Origin: Candidatus Undinarchaeales archaeon SRR5007147.bin71
Lineage (GTDB): Archaea; Undinarchaeota; Undinarchaeia; Undinarchaeales; Undinarchaeaceae
Reading direction: 5' to 3'
Assembly: GCA_014189675.1 (NCBI GenBank)
Contig: DVAE01000001.1
Location: 1-47,776, forward strand
DNA length: 47,776 bases
Under the pieces are notes generated by a model that was given only the letters and a program-made list of their open reading frames with translations, did no database searches and was not told where the DNA came from. Position numbers and translations under genes: made by a program. Of this stretch, positions 18,317 to 27,569 are shown piece after piece. Positions within the stretch are counted from its first letter, which is position 1. Each line of letters opens with the position of its first letter.

Positions 18317-18710
18317 TATTTTCCCCCTGGGGCCTGTTCTCAGGCGCTATATGGCATCCTGCACATGCATTTTCTGCTTCTGGATCGTCTTTTTTATGTA
18401 TATTACAAACTATGTCAAAAGCCCTGGGTAAATTAAGCAATCGTAAAAGTTCCTGAAGGGGCTCTGATGTACCATTTTTCAGTCTTTGTGAAGAAATACG
18501 AATTTCCTCAAGCATTTCATCCCCAAATTTGAGCCTTCCGCCTCTTTTCGCACTTCTATATTGTGAAATAGCGCTTGAAGTAACACCTAGAAGAGCTGCA
18601 GCATCACTTTGCTTGAGTTTTTGTTGGTCTATAAGTGAAAGTGCTAATTCGCGCCGTAGAGCTGGTAATACATAATTTGCTTGGATCTCTTGAGGTAATA
18701 GTGTTTTCAT
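18309..18710 (-). CDS. XRE-type HTH transcriptional regulator with Cys/His-rich C-terminus
   Basis: The HTH is SDAAALLGVTSSAISQYRSAKRG. The C-terminal part has ...VCNIH...ENACAGCH. It overlaps the sufB start by 8 nt and is probably the first gene of the suf operon. Confidence 0.65.
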   Translation of the reverse strand: MKTLLPQEIQANYVLPALRRELALSLIDQQKLKQSDAAALLGVTSSAISQYRSAKRGGRLKFGDEMLEEIRISSQRLKNGTSEPLQELLRLLNLPRAFDIVCNIHKKDDPEAENACAGCHIAPENRPQGENND

Positions 18711-18756
18711 ACAATAATTAAGTTAACAGCCGTTAATAAAACTTGTTATTTAAAAA

Positions 18757-18987
18757 TTATTCCTCTTCTGATATAGCATCAACTGGGCAATACTCTATAG
18801 ATTCCTCTATCATTTTTTTATTGTATTTTTTCTTTTTGATGACTTCTGCCTTTTCTCCCTGCTCTGTTTGCACCATTTTGAAATCAGGATCTTCAAAATT
18901 CACAGTTGGGCAAAGGCAACATCCTATACATTTTTCCTTGTCTACAATTGGCTTTTTCTCAGTAAATTCTTCACTCATATAAAACAA
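18757..18987 (-). CDS. Small single-cluster [4Fe-4S] ferredoxin-like protein
   Basis: CIGCCLCP plus a distal CPVDAISEEE resembles Thermotoga/Pyrococcus-type mono-cluster ferredoxins. The start is uncertain (M1 or M4). Confidence 0.55.
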   Translation of the reverse strand: MFYMSEEFTEKKPIVDKEKCIGCCLCPTVNFEDPDFKMVQTEQGEKAEVIKKKKYNKKMIEESIEYCPVDAISEEE

Positions 18988-19022
18988 GTCATTTTTCGGC
19001 TTATAAACTCTTTCACTTAGCC

Positions 19023-19715
19023 CTAAACAGGTGCAACGGACATTAAATAATTCAGGAAGTCAATCAGTACATAGTGGTATAATATCCAGTTAAACATGTA
19101 GATTAGTGCAATTTGTATCATAACTTCTGGAACTGGCCTTGCCGTTAAAATAAGTGTCAAAATCACGAAGAAGACCATATAAACGGTAAGGCTCAGGAAA
19201 TAATAGAATCCAATGTTGATGAGGATACCACTTGTTCCAACAAGCTCAAATATAACACTTATAATTAAAGTCCAGATGCTCAAGTAGATTAACTGGGTGA
19301 TAGCTATTTGAGAGTCCTTGATTATTGCAAAATCAATAAGCCGAGGCTTTGAGTTTATTCTCACCATTATAAGTGTGGTTACAACAATTATTGAGAGGAC
19401 CAGCCATAGGCTGAAGTAAAGCATCAATCCAAAAAGTATTATGTGTACGAAGGCTATGCCTATCTGATTTAAAATGGACATCCTTGATAAAAGGAAAATC
19501 ACAGACAGCAACAAAATGGCGTTTATTGCTTCGTTTTCACCGCCAACATTTGCCGCCCACGCAAGAGTTATTATTAAACCAACTAGGAATACCATTACAA
19601 TTGTTGCAATAAATTTTCCTGGGTTAGGACTTCCTGAAGAATATTGTCTACCTTTTGTCACGGCACCCTTCATGCCGATTCCTCCTCCTAATTTTGAGGC
19701 TAAATCTTTCCGCAT
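19023..19715 (-). CDS. Hypothetical polytopic membrane protein
   Basis: 230-aa ORF with about 6 hydrophobic segments. No recognisable family. Confidence 0.5.
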   Translation of the reverse strand: MRKDLASKLGGGIGMKGAVTKGRQYSSGSPNPGKFIATIVMVFLVGLIITLAWAANVGGENEAINAILLLSVIFLLSRMSILNQIGIAFVHIILFGLMLYFSLWLVLSIIVVTTLIMVRINSKPRLIDFAIIKDSQIAITQLIYLSIWTLIISVIFELVGTSGILINIGFYYFLSLTVYMVFFVILTLILTARPVPEVMIQIALIYMFNWILYHYVLIDFLNYLMSVAPV

Positions 19716-19735
19716 AGTCCACCACTGTTCTAGTA

Positions 19736-20194
19736 CTATTGCTTTGCCGTTTTATCTATCTTTGTATATCCAAAATAAAGCAATGCTGCGAGTGCAAAGC
19801 CTATCAAGCTCAGCCTGAGGTATTTATTCAGGAATCCCCAATATCTTAGTGTGGTGTAAATAAACAGGAATATTCCTCCACTTAGAAGCCCAGATCCGAC
19901 TGCGTCAAGGCTTGTAAGTAGTATCCCTGCCGCAATTGCTAGTGTTGCTATAGTTCCAAGCGCTATGAAACCAACTCTTGCGTGTTTTTCACTTTCTATG
20001 TCATATATCTCTTCGCAAGCTCGATAGTTAGGGTCATTATTTGGGTTAAAATAAGAGTCTCTTGTCTCATTTTTGTCTAAAAGATCCCAACAGTCATGAT
20101 CAGGACTTTCATAGAAAACGTCCATTCCATATGCAAAGAATATAGTGAATATCAGACCAATACCGATAATGACAAAGAATTTTTTGAAACCCAT
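19736..20194 (-). CDS. Hypothetical membrane protein with Cys-containing extracytoplasmic loop
   Basis: The start is set at MGFKKFFVIIG (20194), which leaves a TATATAAAG-containing divergent intergenic region. There is one N-terminal TM segment and three C-terminal TM segments. Confidence 0.5.
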   Translation of the reverse strand: MGFKKFFVIIGIGLIFTIFFAYGMDVFYESPDHDCWDLLDKNETRDSYFNPNNDPNYRACEEIYDIESEKHARVGFIALGTIATLAIAAGILLTSLDAVGSGLLSGGIFLFIYTTLRYWGFLNKYLRLSLIGFALAALLYFGYTKIDKTAKQ

Positions 20195-20258
20195 GTTATA
20201 GTTTAGTGGGAAATTTGTATATAAAGCTTTATTTAGTCTTATGTTCAATTATCAAACT

Positions 20259-21158
20259 ATGTTCAGAATAACTTTTCTCGGAACAAGCTCAGGCACGCCT
20301 ACCGTAGCGAGGGCTCATTCAGCAATAGCTCTTCACTTGGGTGGGGAGATACTTCTTTTCGACTGCGGAGAAGGAACTCAGAGGCAGATGATGAAGGCGA
20401 AAACATCTATGATGAAAGTCCGCAGAATTTTTATTACACACTGGCATGCTGACCATTCTCTTGGTCTTGGAGGTCTTATTCAGACAATGTCCTTGCTCGG
20501 AAGGACTGATGCTCTTGAGATATATGGTCCAAGTGGGACGAAAAAATATATGAAAAGCCTTCTTGATGTTGGTCACTTCAGTCCAAAATATCAGCTTCGC
20601 GTAAACGAGCTTAAGGATGGAGAAAAAGTTGAAACAAAGGACTACACTGTCTTGGCAATAGACGCTAAACATTCTGTTCCTGCCCTAAGTTATCGCATGG
20701 ATGAGCCCCAGAAACCTGGAAAATTTGACAGGAAAAAGGCAGAGTCTTTTGGGCTAAAACCACCTCAATTCGGTGAGCTTCAGCGCGGAAATACTCAAAA
20801 GGTTGGAAGAAAAACCATTAAGCCCTCAGATGTCATGGGTCCGCTCAGAGAGGGCGCTTCTTTTGTTTATTCAGGGGACACAGCGTATAATGAGTCTCTT
20901 GTAAAATTGTCGAAGAAGGCCACAGTCTTGGTCCACGAATCAAGCTTTGCTAATGATAAAAAAGACTTTGCAAAGGAAGTCCTACATTCAACAGCAGAAG
21001 ACGCTGCGACCGTCGCAAAAAAAGCAGGAGTCAAAAATCTTGTGCTGACTCATATAAGTCCAAGGTATCTGGAGACTGATGTTCTTTTGAAAGAAGCTAG
21101 TAAAATTTTCAAAAATACCACTCTTGTGAAAGATTTTGATAAGCTAGAATTTAAGTAG
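20259..21158 (+). CDS. rnz: Ribonuclease Z (tRNA 3' endonuclease, MBL fold)
   Basis: ITFLGTSSGTPT and ITHWHADHSLGLGGL give the HxHxDH motif. The C-terminal THISPRY is typical of short-form RNase Z. Confidence 0.9.
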   Translation: MFRITFLGTSSGTPTVARAHSAIALHLGGEILLFDCGEGTQRQMMKAKTSMMKVRRIFITHWHADHSLGLGGLIQTMSLLGRTDALEIYGPSGTKKYMKSLLDVGHFSPKYQLRVNELKDGEKVETKDYTVLAIDAKHSVPALSYRMDEPQKPGKFDRKKAESFGLKPPQFGELQRGNTQKVGRKTIKPSDVMGPLREGASFVYSGDTAYNESLVKLSKKATVLVHESSFANDKKDFAKEVLHSTAEDAATVAKKAGVKNLVLTHISPRYLETDVLLKEASKIFKNTTLVKDFDKLEFK

Positions 21159-22013
21159 TTAGCAGGCAGCTGCGATTGTAGTAAATACTGACACTATATA
21201 CGGTGCTGTATATGCAAAAATAACGATCATGGGTATTGCCCAGGCTAAAATAGCTTTCACTGTATCAAATCCATGGGAGACCTTTGTTGCAATCGTCAAA
21301 GGATAAAACCACAACATTCCAGCTATTAAATATGCTATAAATATTACGCAAGTATTAGGTATTGCCGAAACCATCGCCAGTAGGAGTACTATTGGCGACA
21401 TAGAAATTGCGATTAAGTGTGAGTGAGTTCTGAAACTTTTCTTTCCACCTATCGCCAGGGAGAAGAAATGTAGTAATGCGCTGAATGAAATCCACAGAAG
21501 TATTGCTACAAGAGGGTACACAAGAATATGTGAAAAGGATTTCAGTGCTCCTGCTTTTCCAAAAATACTTGAAATTCCAATTCCTGAAGCAAGAGCTTCA
21601 GTAGAAGCTCCTGTAAAAATTGTCGAAATCACCGTTATTAAGCCACCAATAAGTCCTCCTAAAACACCTGCAATGGCAATATGTGCCATTGAGTTTGGAA
21701 GTCTTGCTGCTTTTCTCTCTTTTGTAAAGATGGCAGTAGGCGACACAAAAACTCTTACCCACATCGTGAGATAATCAGCTATACTAAGTTCTCTCTCTTT
21801 CAGAGTTTTCGTTGCTGTCTTCCTTGGTCCGACTTGGACTTGCGTTGGTTTAGGTTTTGTTATTCCTTCTATGGAAGTATCTATTTTTCTAATGTCATGA
21901 CCAAAGCTTACAAGGTGCTGGCGAATATTCTCTTCACTGTGACCCAAAGCAATCTGTTGCTTTATGTACTCTTCCAGCCCTTCTTTAGTCATACTCTGCC
22001 TAAAGTTTTCCAT
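21159..22013 (-). CDS. Yip1-like polytopic membrane protein with small N-terminal cytoplasmic helical module
   Basis: About 90 aa of soluble N-terminus followed by 5 TM segments in a Yip1-domain-like topology. The N-terminal module resembles the C-terminus of the 40875-42527 protein. Confidence 0.5.
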   Translation of the reverse strand: MENFRQSMTKEGLEEYIKQQIALGHSEENIRQHLVSFGHDIRKIDTSIEGITKPKPTQVQVGPRKTATKTLKERELSIADYLTMWVRVFVSPTAIFTKERKAARLPNSMAHIAIAGVLGGLIGGLITVISTIFTGASTEALASGIGISSIFGKAGALKSFSHILVYPLVAILLWISFSALLHFFSLAIGGKKSFRTHSHLIAISMSPIVLLLAMVSAIPNTCVIFIAYLIAGMLWFYPLTIATKVSHGFDTVKAILAWAIPMIVIFAYTAPYIVSVFTTIAAAC

Positions 22014-22101
22014 TATATATCTCTTGCTTCTGCTATGTTTTGCTATGTTTTTGTTTGAAAATTGGTCAAATATTTAAACTCGCTGCCACAGAGCTTAGTT
22101 T

Positions 22102-23265
22102 ATGCAGGAAAATCCCTTCAGCGATTCCGTCCCATCCCATCTTGCCATAGCGGCAACAGTTTACACCAAACCCCTTTCTGACCTTGAAAAACTATCTGAT
22201 ACCAATCGGTCAAAGCTTTTTCTTGTTATTGGGGACTATGGAAACGGAAAATCTCATGCATTAGAAAAGCTGAAGAATGATTTAAACATCAAGAAAAAGG
22301 ATACTCTTGCTGTGTACACCTCAGCCTTTGCCACAAAAAGCTTGAGAAGAATTTACGAACAGGTTTGCGCTGAGCTTATTACAGGGAAAATCGAAAAGTT
22401 TGAAAAAGGCAGTGAAGTTCGTCTAGCAATGGTCTCTAAAGGTATTCCTTCCAAAATAATTGAAATTTTTTATGAGGGCAATCATCTCAAAAATCTTGAC
22501 GGGATTTCTGAGTGTCTTCCTTTCGGCAAAGTGGTTAACTCTTCAGCTGATGCGGTTGATTTCATCTGTGCAATAAGTCTTCTTGTAGACCAGCTTGTAC
22601 TTTTAATAGATGATATTGAAGAAGCAAGTGTTCTTGAGAGGGCGGAACGCAAGGCATTTTTCGGTCACATAAGAGCTCTCTACGACCAGGCAGTGAGAAA
22701 GGACTTGAATCTTACTGTAATTTTGGCTATGACTTACAAAAAAGTTGAGCTTCTTGAGGCAGATCGCCCGGATTTGCTGGAAAGAACAGACCATTTTATT
22801 GATTTTGTCAAGCCTAGCAAGAAGGAGTTTTCTGAAATGGTTAAAAGGCGACTGGAGGTAAGTGGGCTTGGAAATTATTCTTTCACAGATGATACACTTG
22901 AAGCCACGTGGGAAGGCTTCCCTTCAATAAGGTCCATGTTTAATCTTCTCCGTGATAGTCTTGACAAGGCAGAGAAAGAAGGACTTGAGGAAATTAAATC
23001 TATAACTGTTCCTCAAAAGAAAAAATCGGAGATGGCAAGTGCTCTAAAAAGGGCAGCATATAAGCCGGCAGACGATGAAATTGTTACAGCTCTGAGAAAA
23101 AATGATGGTATGTATGTTGAAGAAATTGTGAGCAGAACTAAGATGAGCGCGTCATGGATACGTCACAGGCTCGCAGATTTGGTAAGAGGGAATATCCTAA
23201 GGAAGGAACAGGAGGCAAGAAATAAACCTGCCAAATACTATTTGGTAAAGGGTAAGAGTCGCTGA
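22102..23265 (+). CDS. P-loop NTPase with C-terminal winged-helix domain (family unresolved)
   Basis: Walker A-like FLVIGDYGNGKSHAL and Walker B-like LVLLIDDIEE. The C-terminal wHTH-like segment is DEIVTALRKNDGMYVEEIVSRTKMSASWIRHRLADLVRGNIL. The overall AAA-plus-wH layout resembles Orc1/Cdc6 or AAA_16/BrxD-like ATPases, but the motifs are atypical. Confidence 0.55.
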   Translation: MQENPFSDSVPSHLAIAATVYTKPLSDLEKLSDTNRSKLFLVIGDYGNGKSHALEKLKNDLNIKKKDTLAVYTSAFATKSLRRIYEQVCAELITGKIEKFEKGSEVRLAMVSKGIPSKIIEIFYEGNHLKNLDGISECLPFGKVVNSSADAVDFICAISLLVDQLVLLIDDIEEASVLERAERKAFFGHIRALYDQAVRKDLNLTVILAMTYKKVELLEADRPDLLERTDHFIDFVKPSKKEFSEMVKRRLEVSGLGNYSFTDDTLEATWEGFPSIRSMFNLLRDSLDKAEKEGLEEIKSITVPQKKKSEMASALKRAAYKPADDEIVTALRKNDGMYVEEIVSRTKMSASWIRHRLADLVRGNILRKEQEARNKPAKYYLVKGKSR

Positions 23266-23270
23266 ATTAT

Positions 23271-23990
23271 ATGAGAATTGGAGCCCGAGTTTTTTCAATT
23301 TCTGTAGATGAAGATGAATATCTCACTATACTAAATAGACTTGAAAAGAACTATTCGCTTATTGTAGATCCCAGGAAATTTGACACCCCTCTCAAAATAA
23401 ATGCGCGTTTCAAGACTCGGGACTCAAAAACCAGGTATATAGAATTAAATTCTAGCGGGATGGCTTATATTGAACACAGTGGATTGAAAAAAGAGGCCGA
23501 AAAAATTCTTGATTCCTTTAAATTTCTTATTTCATCTATGATGAGTGAGATGCAGGTAAAAGAGGAGGATTTTGAGATTGTTACAATGGAGCTCCTTTCC
23601 AGAAAAAAACCACTACTAATGCCAAATGACAAAGAGGAACTTCAAACATTCAGGCGTCTTGAAACCAAGAATATTCTCTCCCGGGCCCAGCCAGTGAAAT
23701 GTCCTCGATGCAGCCAGTCATTTCTCTTGCTCTATGAAAATTTAATTAATCCTGAACACAGGGTGCTTTGTTCTGATTGTATGTTCTGGTTTTCTCCTAA
23801 AAATAAAAAGGAAGTTTACGTGGTAAATGAGGAGTATATGAAGGTTATGAGTGGCGTATGGAACAAGGTTCAAAAGATAATAAATGCTAGCTGGAGGGAA
23901 GTTACAAGGCATGGCCTGCCAATGATAGGCCGTGGGAGTACTCTAGATGAAAAAAAACCTGAGAAAAAAACACCTTCTAAAAAGAAGTGA
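23271..23990 (+). CDS. Hypothetical protein with internal zinc-ribbon (CPRC...CSDC) and Lys-rich tail
   Basis: 239-aa ORF starting 5 nt after the ATPase gene. No recognisable family. Confidence 0.45.
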   Translation: MRIGARVFSISVDEDEYLTILNRLEKNYSLIVDPRKFDTPLKINARFKTRDSKTRYIELNSSGMAYIEHSGLKKEAEKILDSFKFLISSMMSEMQVKEEDFEIVTMELLSRKKPLLMPNDKEELQTFRRLETKNILSRAQPVKCPRCSQSFLLLYENLINPEHRVLCSDCMFWFSPKNKKEVYVVNEEYMKVMSGVWNKVQKIINASWREVTRHGLPMIGRGSTLDEKKPEKKTPSKKK

Positions 23991-24519
23991 AATCCCAATC
24001 CCTTCAGTTTTGAAAAAAAGCGAAGTCATTGGGGAAAAATTATTGCAGCTTCAGGAGATTTCTGAGTCTTCAAAAATAATGCTTTATTCCTCTCTGGAAT
24101 CTGAGGTAGATACTGCGGTGATTATACGCTTCTGTCTCAAAAGTGGGAAAGAAGTCTACCTCCCTCGGACTGACATCAAAACACGAAAAATGGAGGCAGT
24201 TCGTATAAAGAAGTTCCCAGATGAGGTCGAAAGTGCTTCCTTTGGAATACTTGAACCCAAAAAAGAACTGCCTGCCTGTGAAAGCATCAGGGAAATAGAC
24301 TTGGTTATTGTTCCTGGTGTGGCATTTGACGAAAGTGGAAATAGACTTGGTTATGGCTTTGGTTTTTACGACAGGTTCTTAGCGGAAATCAGAGCCCCAA
24401 AAATAGGGCTATCATTTGAATCACACATTCTTGATATAGTTCCTACTGAGTCACATGATATAAAGGTGGACAAAATAGTGACAGAACTCCGTGTTATAGA
24501 CTGTTCTAATTTTTCTTGA
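23947..24519 (+). CDS. 5-formyltetrahydrofolate cyclo-ligase (MTHFS)
   Basis: LVIVPGVAFDESGNRLGYGFGFYDRFL is the family signature. The N-terminus LRKKHLLKRSEI is typical. Confidence 0.85.
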   Translation: MKKNLRKKHLLKRSEIPIPSVLKKSEVIGEKLLQLQEISESSKIMLYSSLESEVDTAVIIRFCLKSGKEVYLPRTDIKTRKMEAVRIKKFPDEVESASFGILEPKKELPACESIREIDLVIVPGVAFDESGNRLGYGFGFYDRFLAEIRAPKIGLSFESHILDIVPTESHDIKVDKIVTELRVIDCSNFS

Positions 24520-24552
24520 AATTATATAAATGACTTGATACTATTTTGTTTT

Positions 24553-25800
24553 ATGGTCAATTTAGAGCCCTTAAAACAAGGAGATCCTGAATTGTATAAT
24601 CTCATTGTGAAAGAGACCTCGCGACAGAATTCCGGTCTCGAGCTTATACCTTCAGAGAATTTTGTCAGCAAGGCAGTTCTTGAAGCAATGGGTTCCGTCC
24701 TGACAAACAAGTATGCTGAAGGTTATCCGGGAAAACGGTATTATGGTGGAAACCAGTATATTGACCAGATAGAGCAAATTGCAATAGATCGTGCAAAGAG
24801 CCTTTTTGGTGCAGAATACGCAAATGTTCAGCCAAATTCCGGTTCTCCTGCTAACATGGCTGTCTATTTTGCCCTCATGGAGGCAGGAGACAAGCTTATG
24901 GGTCTTGAACTCTCACAGGGAGGCCATCTAACCCACGGGAGCCCTGTTAATTTTTCCGGAAAATTATACGAAGCTTCTTCTTACAGTGTTGATAAAGAAA
25001 CTGAAATGATTGATATGGATGTTGTCAGGAAGTATGCAGAAAAGGAAAAACCAAAAATTCTCCTGTCCAGTACCACTGCATACCCCCGAGAGCTGGATTT
25101 CAAGGAATTTTCCGAAATTGCCAAGGATATCGGAGCCATATCGCTGGCAGATATAGCGCATATTGCAGGTCTGGTAATTGGAAAGGTGCATCAGGATCCA
25201 TTTCCCTTTACTGATGTTGTTACAACGACTACTCACAAGACTCTCCGTGGACCAAGGAGCGGTCTTATACTCTGCAAGGAAGAATATGGGAAGGCAATTG
25301 ATAAGGCAGTATTTCCTGGAATGCAAGGTGGGCCCCACGAGCATATAATAGCTGCAAAAGCAGTATGTTTTAAGGAAGCAGCAAGTCCAGAGTTCTCTGA
25401 ATACGCAAAACAAATAGTCAAAAACGCAAAAAAACTTTCCGAATCGCTCATAGAGCACGGCTTTAGGCTTGTAACAGGTGGTACTGACAATCATCTCATG
25501 TTGATAGACCTTACAAACAAAGGAATAACTGGTAAGGAGGCCCAAAATTCCTTGGATGAGGCTGGAATAACAACAAACAGGAATACAATCCCCTTTGAAC
25601 CAAGATCTCCATTTGATCCCTCTGGTCTAAGACTTGGAACACCTGCAATAACTAGCCGTGGTATGAAAGAGTCTGAAATGGAGCAGGTTGCCGGCTGGAT
25701 AAATAGAGTTATAGAAAATCACGGGGATTCATCACTTAAGGAAAAAATCAGAGAGGAAATACGAGAATTTTGCACGGAATTTCCATTATATCCTAAATAA
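24553..25800 (+). CDS. glyA: Serine hydroxymethyltransferase
   Basis: [30 protein letters not shown] and [16 protein letters not shown] (PLP Lys). The ATG at 24553 lies about 27 nt from the ATTATATAAA element. Confidence 0.95.
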   Translation: MVNLEPLKQGDPELYNLIVKETSRQNSGLELIPSENFVSKAVLEAMGSVLTNKYAEGYPGKRYYGGNQYIDQIEQIAIDRAKSLFGAEYANVQPNSGSPANMAVYFALMEAGDKLMGLELSQGGHLTHGSPVNFSGKLYEASSYSVDKETEMIDMDVVRKYAEKEKPKILLSSTTAYPRELDFKEFSEIAKDIGAISLADIAHIAGLVIGKVHQDPFPFTDVVTTTTHKTLRGPRSGLILCKEEYGKAIDKAVFPGMQGGPHEHIIAAKAVCFKEAASPEFSEYAKQIVKNAKKLSESLIEHGFRLVTGGTDNHLMLIDLTNKGITGKEAQNSLDEAGITTNRNTIPFEPRSPFDPSGLRLGTPAITSRGMKESEMEQVAGWINRVIENHGDSSLKEKIREEIREFCTEFPLYPK

Positions 25801-26630
25801 TGCCTGCACAACTTATTGATGGTCAAAAAATAGCTAAGGATAAATACATAGCTTTGCAGCTTGCAATAGCTAAACTTGATTTTCAGCCAGGTATAGCTAC
25901 AATTGTTACAGAGGATAATGCGGCCTCAAAACTTTATGCTTCAAAAAGAGGAGAAATAGCAAAGAGTATTGGCATGTATTCTGAAGTTCATGATTTAGGA
26001 GGATCTTCCAAAGATAAAGATATTATCAGACTTATCTCAGATCTTAACAAGGATGTAAAAATTCACGGGATAATTGTTCAGATGCCCCTCCCAAAAAATG
26101 CAGACATCAGTGCTGTTCTGGGATCTCTCAATCCTAAAAAAGACGCGGATGGGATGCACCCCTCTAACCTTGGAAATTTATTTTTAGGCACTCCTGTTAT
26201 AATTCCTGCTACAAGTAAAGCTATACTTGAGTTAATAAATTCAACAGGACTTAGCCTTCCAGGCACGAAGGTTACTGTTATAGGGAATGGTCTTGCATCA
26301 GGAAAACCAACTGCGCTTCTTCTTCAAAATGCGGGAGCTGTAGTCACAGTATGCAATTCCAAAACAAAAAATTTAAAGAGCCACACTCTTGATGCAGACA
26401 TAGTTATTGCTTCTGCGGGAAAAGCAAAAATTCTTACTGAAGATATGATAAAAGAAGGAGCAATCATTATAGATGCAGGTATAAACATCCTTGATGGAAA
26501 GATTGTCGGGGATCTTGACTTTAAAGGAGTGTCTAAAAAAGCGGCGTATATTACACAAGTCCCAGGTGGACTTGGCCCTCTTACTTCTGCAAGTCTCCTC
26601 GAGAATGTAATTTCCCTTGCATTACGATAA
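25800..26630 (+). CDS. folD: Bifunctional methylene-THF dehydrogenase / methenyl-THF cyclohydrolase
   Basis: ASKLYASKRGE, HGIIVQMPLP, DADGMHP and VPGGLGPLT. TAATG overlap with glyA. Confidence 0.93.
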   Translation: MPAQLIDGQKIAKDKYIALQLAIAKLDFQPGIATIVTEDNAASKLYASKRGEIAKSIGMYSEVHDLGGSSKDKDIIRLISDLNKDVKIHGIIVQMPLPKNADISAVLGSLNPKKDADGMHPSNLGNLFLGTPVIIPATSKAILELINSTGLSLPGTKVTVIGNGLASGKPTALLLQNAGAVVTVCNSKTKNLKSHTLDADIVIASAGKAKILTEDMIKEGAIIIDAGINILDGKIVGDLDFKGVSKKAAYITQVPGGLGPLTSASLLENVISLALR

Positions 26631-27479
26631 TTACCTTGGGACAATGTGGACGAATGCTTCCTCTATCCCTTCCAGATCCTCAATATCATCCCTTACTTCT
26701 TCCTGTATTTTATGAACAAGAGTCACTGTGTCTTTCTCATCCACATAAATTTCAATTTCAACGTGGACTTGATTTCCAACATAATGAGGTCTTACTGCTC
26801 CAATACCGATAACTCCTCTTACTTCTTTAGCAGTGTTTCGTATAGCTTTCACCATCTCAGGATCAGGTGTTCCACCCATTAAATAATTCATATTCTCACT
26901 GGCTATTCTATATCCTGCCCACAAAATAAAGAGGGCAACCATGCCTGCCGCGATGCTGTCAGCCAGAGGGAAATATTTTATTCCTATAACTCCTATAAGC
27001 GCAACAGCAGAAGAAATAGAGTCATATCTCCCGTCAATTGCAATCGCTTTGATAGAGGGACTCCTTAATTTTTCAGAGACTTTTGTGTGATATATAGACA
27101 TAATAGCTTTAACAATAACACTCATTGCCAGAACTCCTATTGCCAGCCAGCTGAAAATCACATCAGTCGGATTTAAGATTCTTGAAACTGCCGCTGTGAT
27201 AATTTCATATGCTGCAAGTCCTGCAAAAAGTGCCACTATGAGCCCGGCAACTGGCTCTGCCCTCGTATAGCCATACATATGCCCTGGGTCTGCTTTCTTC
27301 CTAGATATTCTGAAAGATATTGCTACTGCAAAGGAAGTTAGTACATCTGTCAGTGAGTTAATTGCATCAGATATTACCGCGAGACTGCCTGTGCTAATTC
27401 CAACAACAAGTTTTAAAACAAATAATATAGTGTTTACTACAACTCCAACGGTAGTTGCAATACTTCCAGCCTTTTCCAT
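26631..27479 (-). CDS. Cation diffusion facilitator (CDF) family metal efflux transporter
   Basis: SLAVISDAINSLTDV is in TM2, there are six TM segments, and there is a C-terminal cytoplasmic domain (HVEIEIYVD...). Confidence 0.85.
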   Translation of the reverse strand: MEKAGSIATTVGVVVNTILFVLKLVVGISTGSLAVISDAINSLTDVLTSFAVAISFRISRKKADPGHMYGYTRAEPVAGLIVALFAGLAAYEIITAAVSRILNPTDVIFSWLAIGVLAMSVIVKAIMSIYHTKVSEKLRSPSIKAIAIDGRYDSISSAVALIGVIGIKYFPLADSIAAGMVALFILWAGYRIASENMNYLMGGTPDPEMVKAIRNTAKEVRGVIGIGAVRPHYVGNQVHVEIEIYVDEKDTVTLVHKIQEEVRDDIEDLEGIEEAFVHIVPR

Positions 27480-27569
27480 GAACTGACTTTGATATTACAT
27501 GGAGCTTAATTAATCTTTCTGTCCTGCTCAGCCCCAAACCTTATAAAAACAAATTCTTTAGAGTGAAAT

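Noticed and set aside
18711-18756. Inverted repeat TTAAC-N4-GTTAA as an operator for the suf-leading HTH regulator.
   Set aside because: It has only 5-bp arms in a very AT-rich spacer, so it is easily a chance occurrence. It is mentioned only as context and not called as a feature.
22014-22101. Replication origin next to the Orc1/Cdc6-like ATPase. The direct repeat GCTATGTTTT x2 was seen in the upstream spacer.
   Set aside because: The spacer is only 88 nt. There are no recognisable ORB-type repeats or an extended AT-rich unwinding element, and the ATPase lacks canonical Orc1 motifs.
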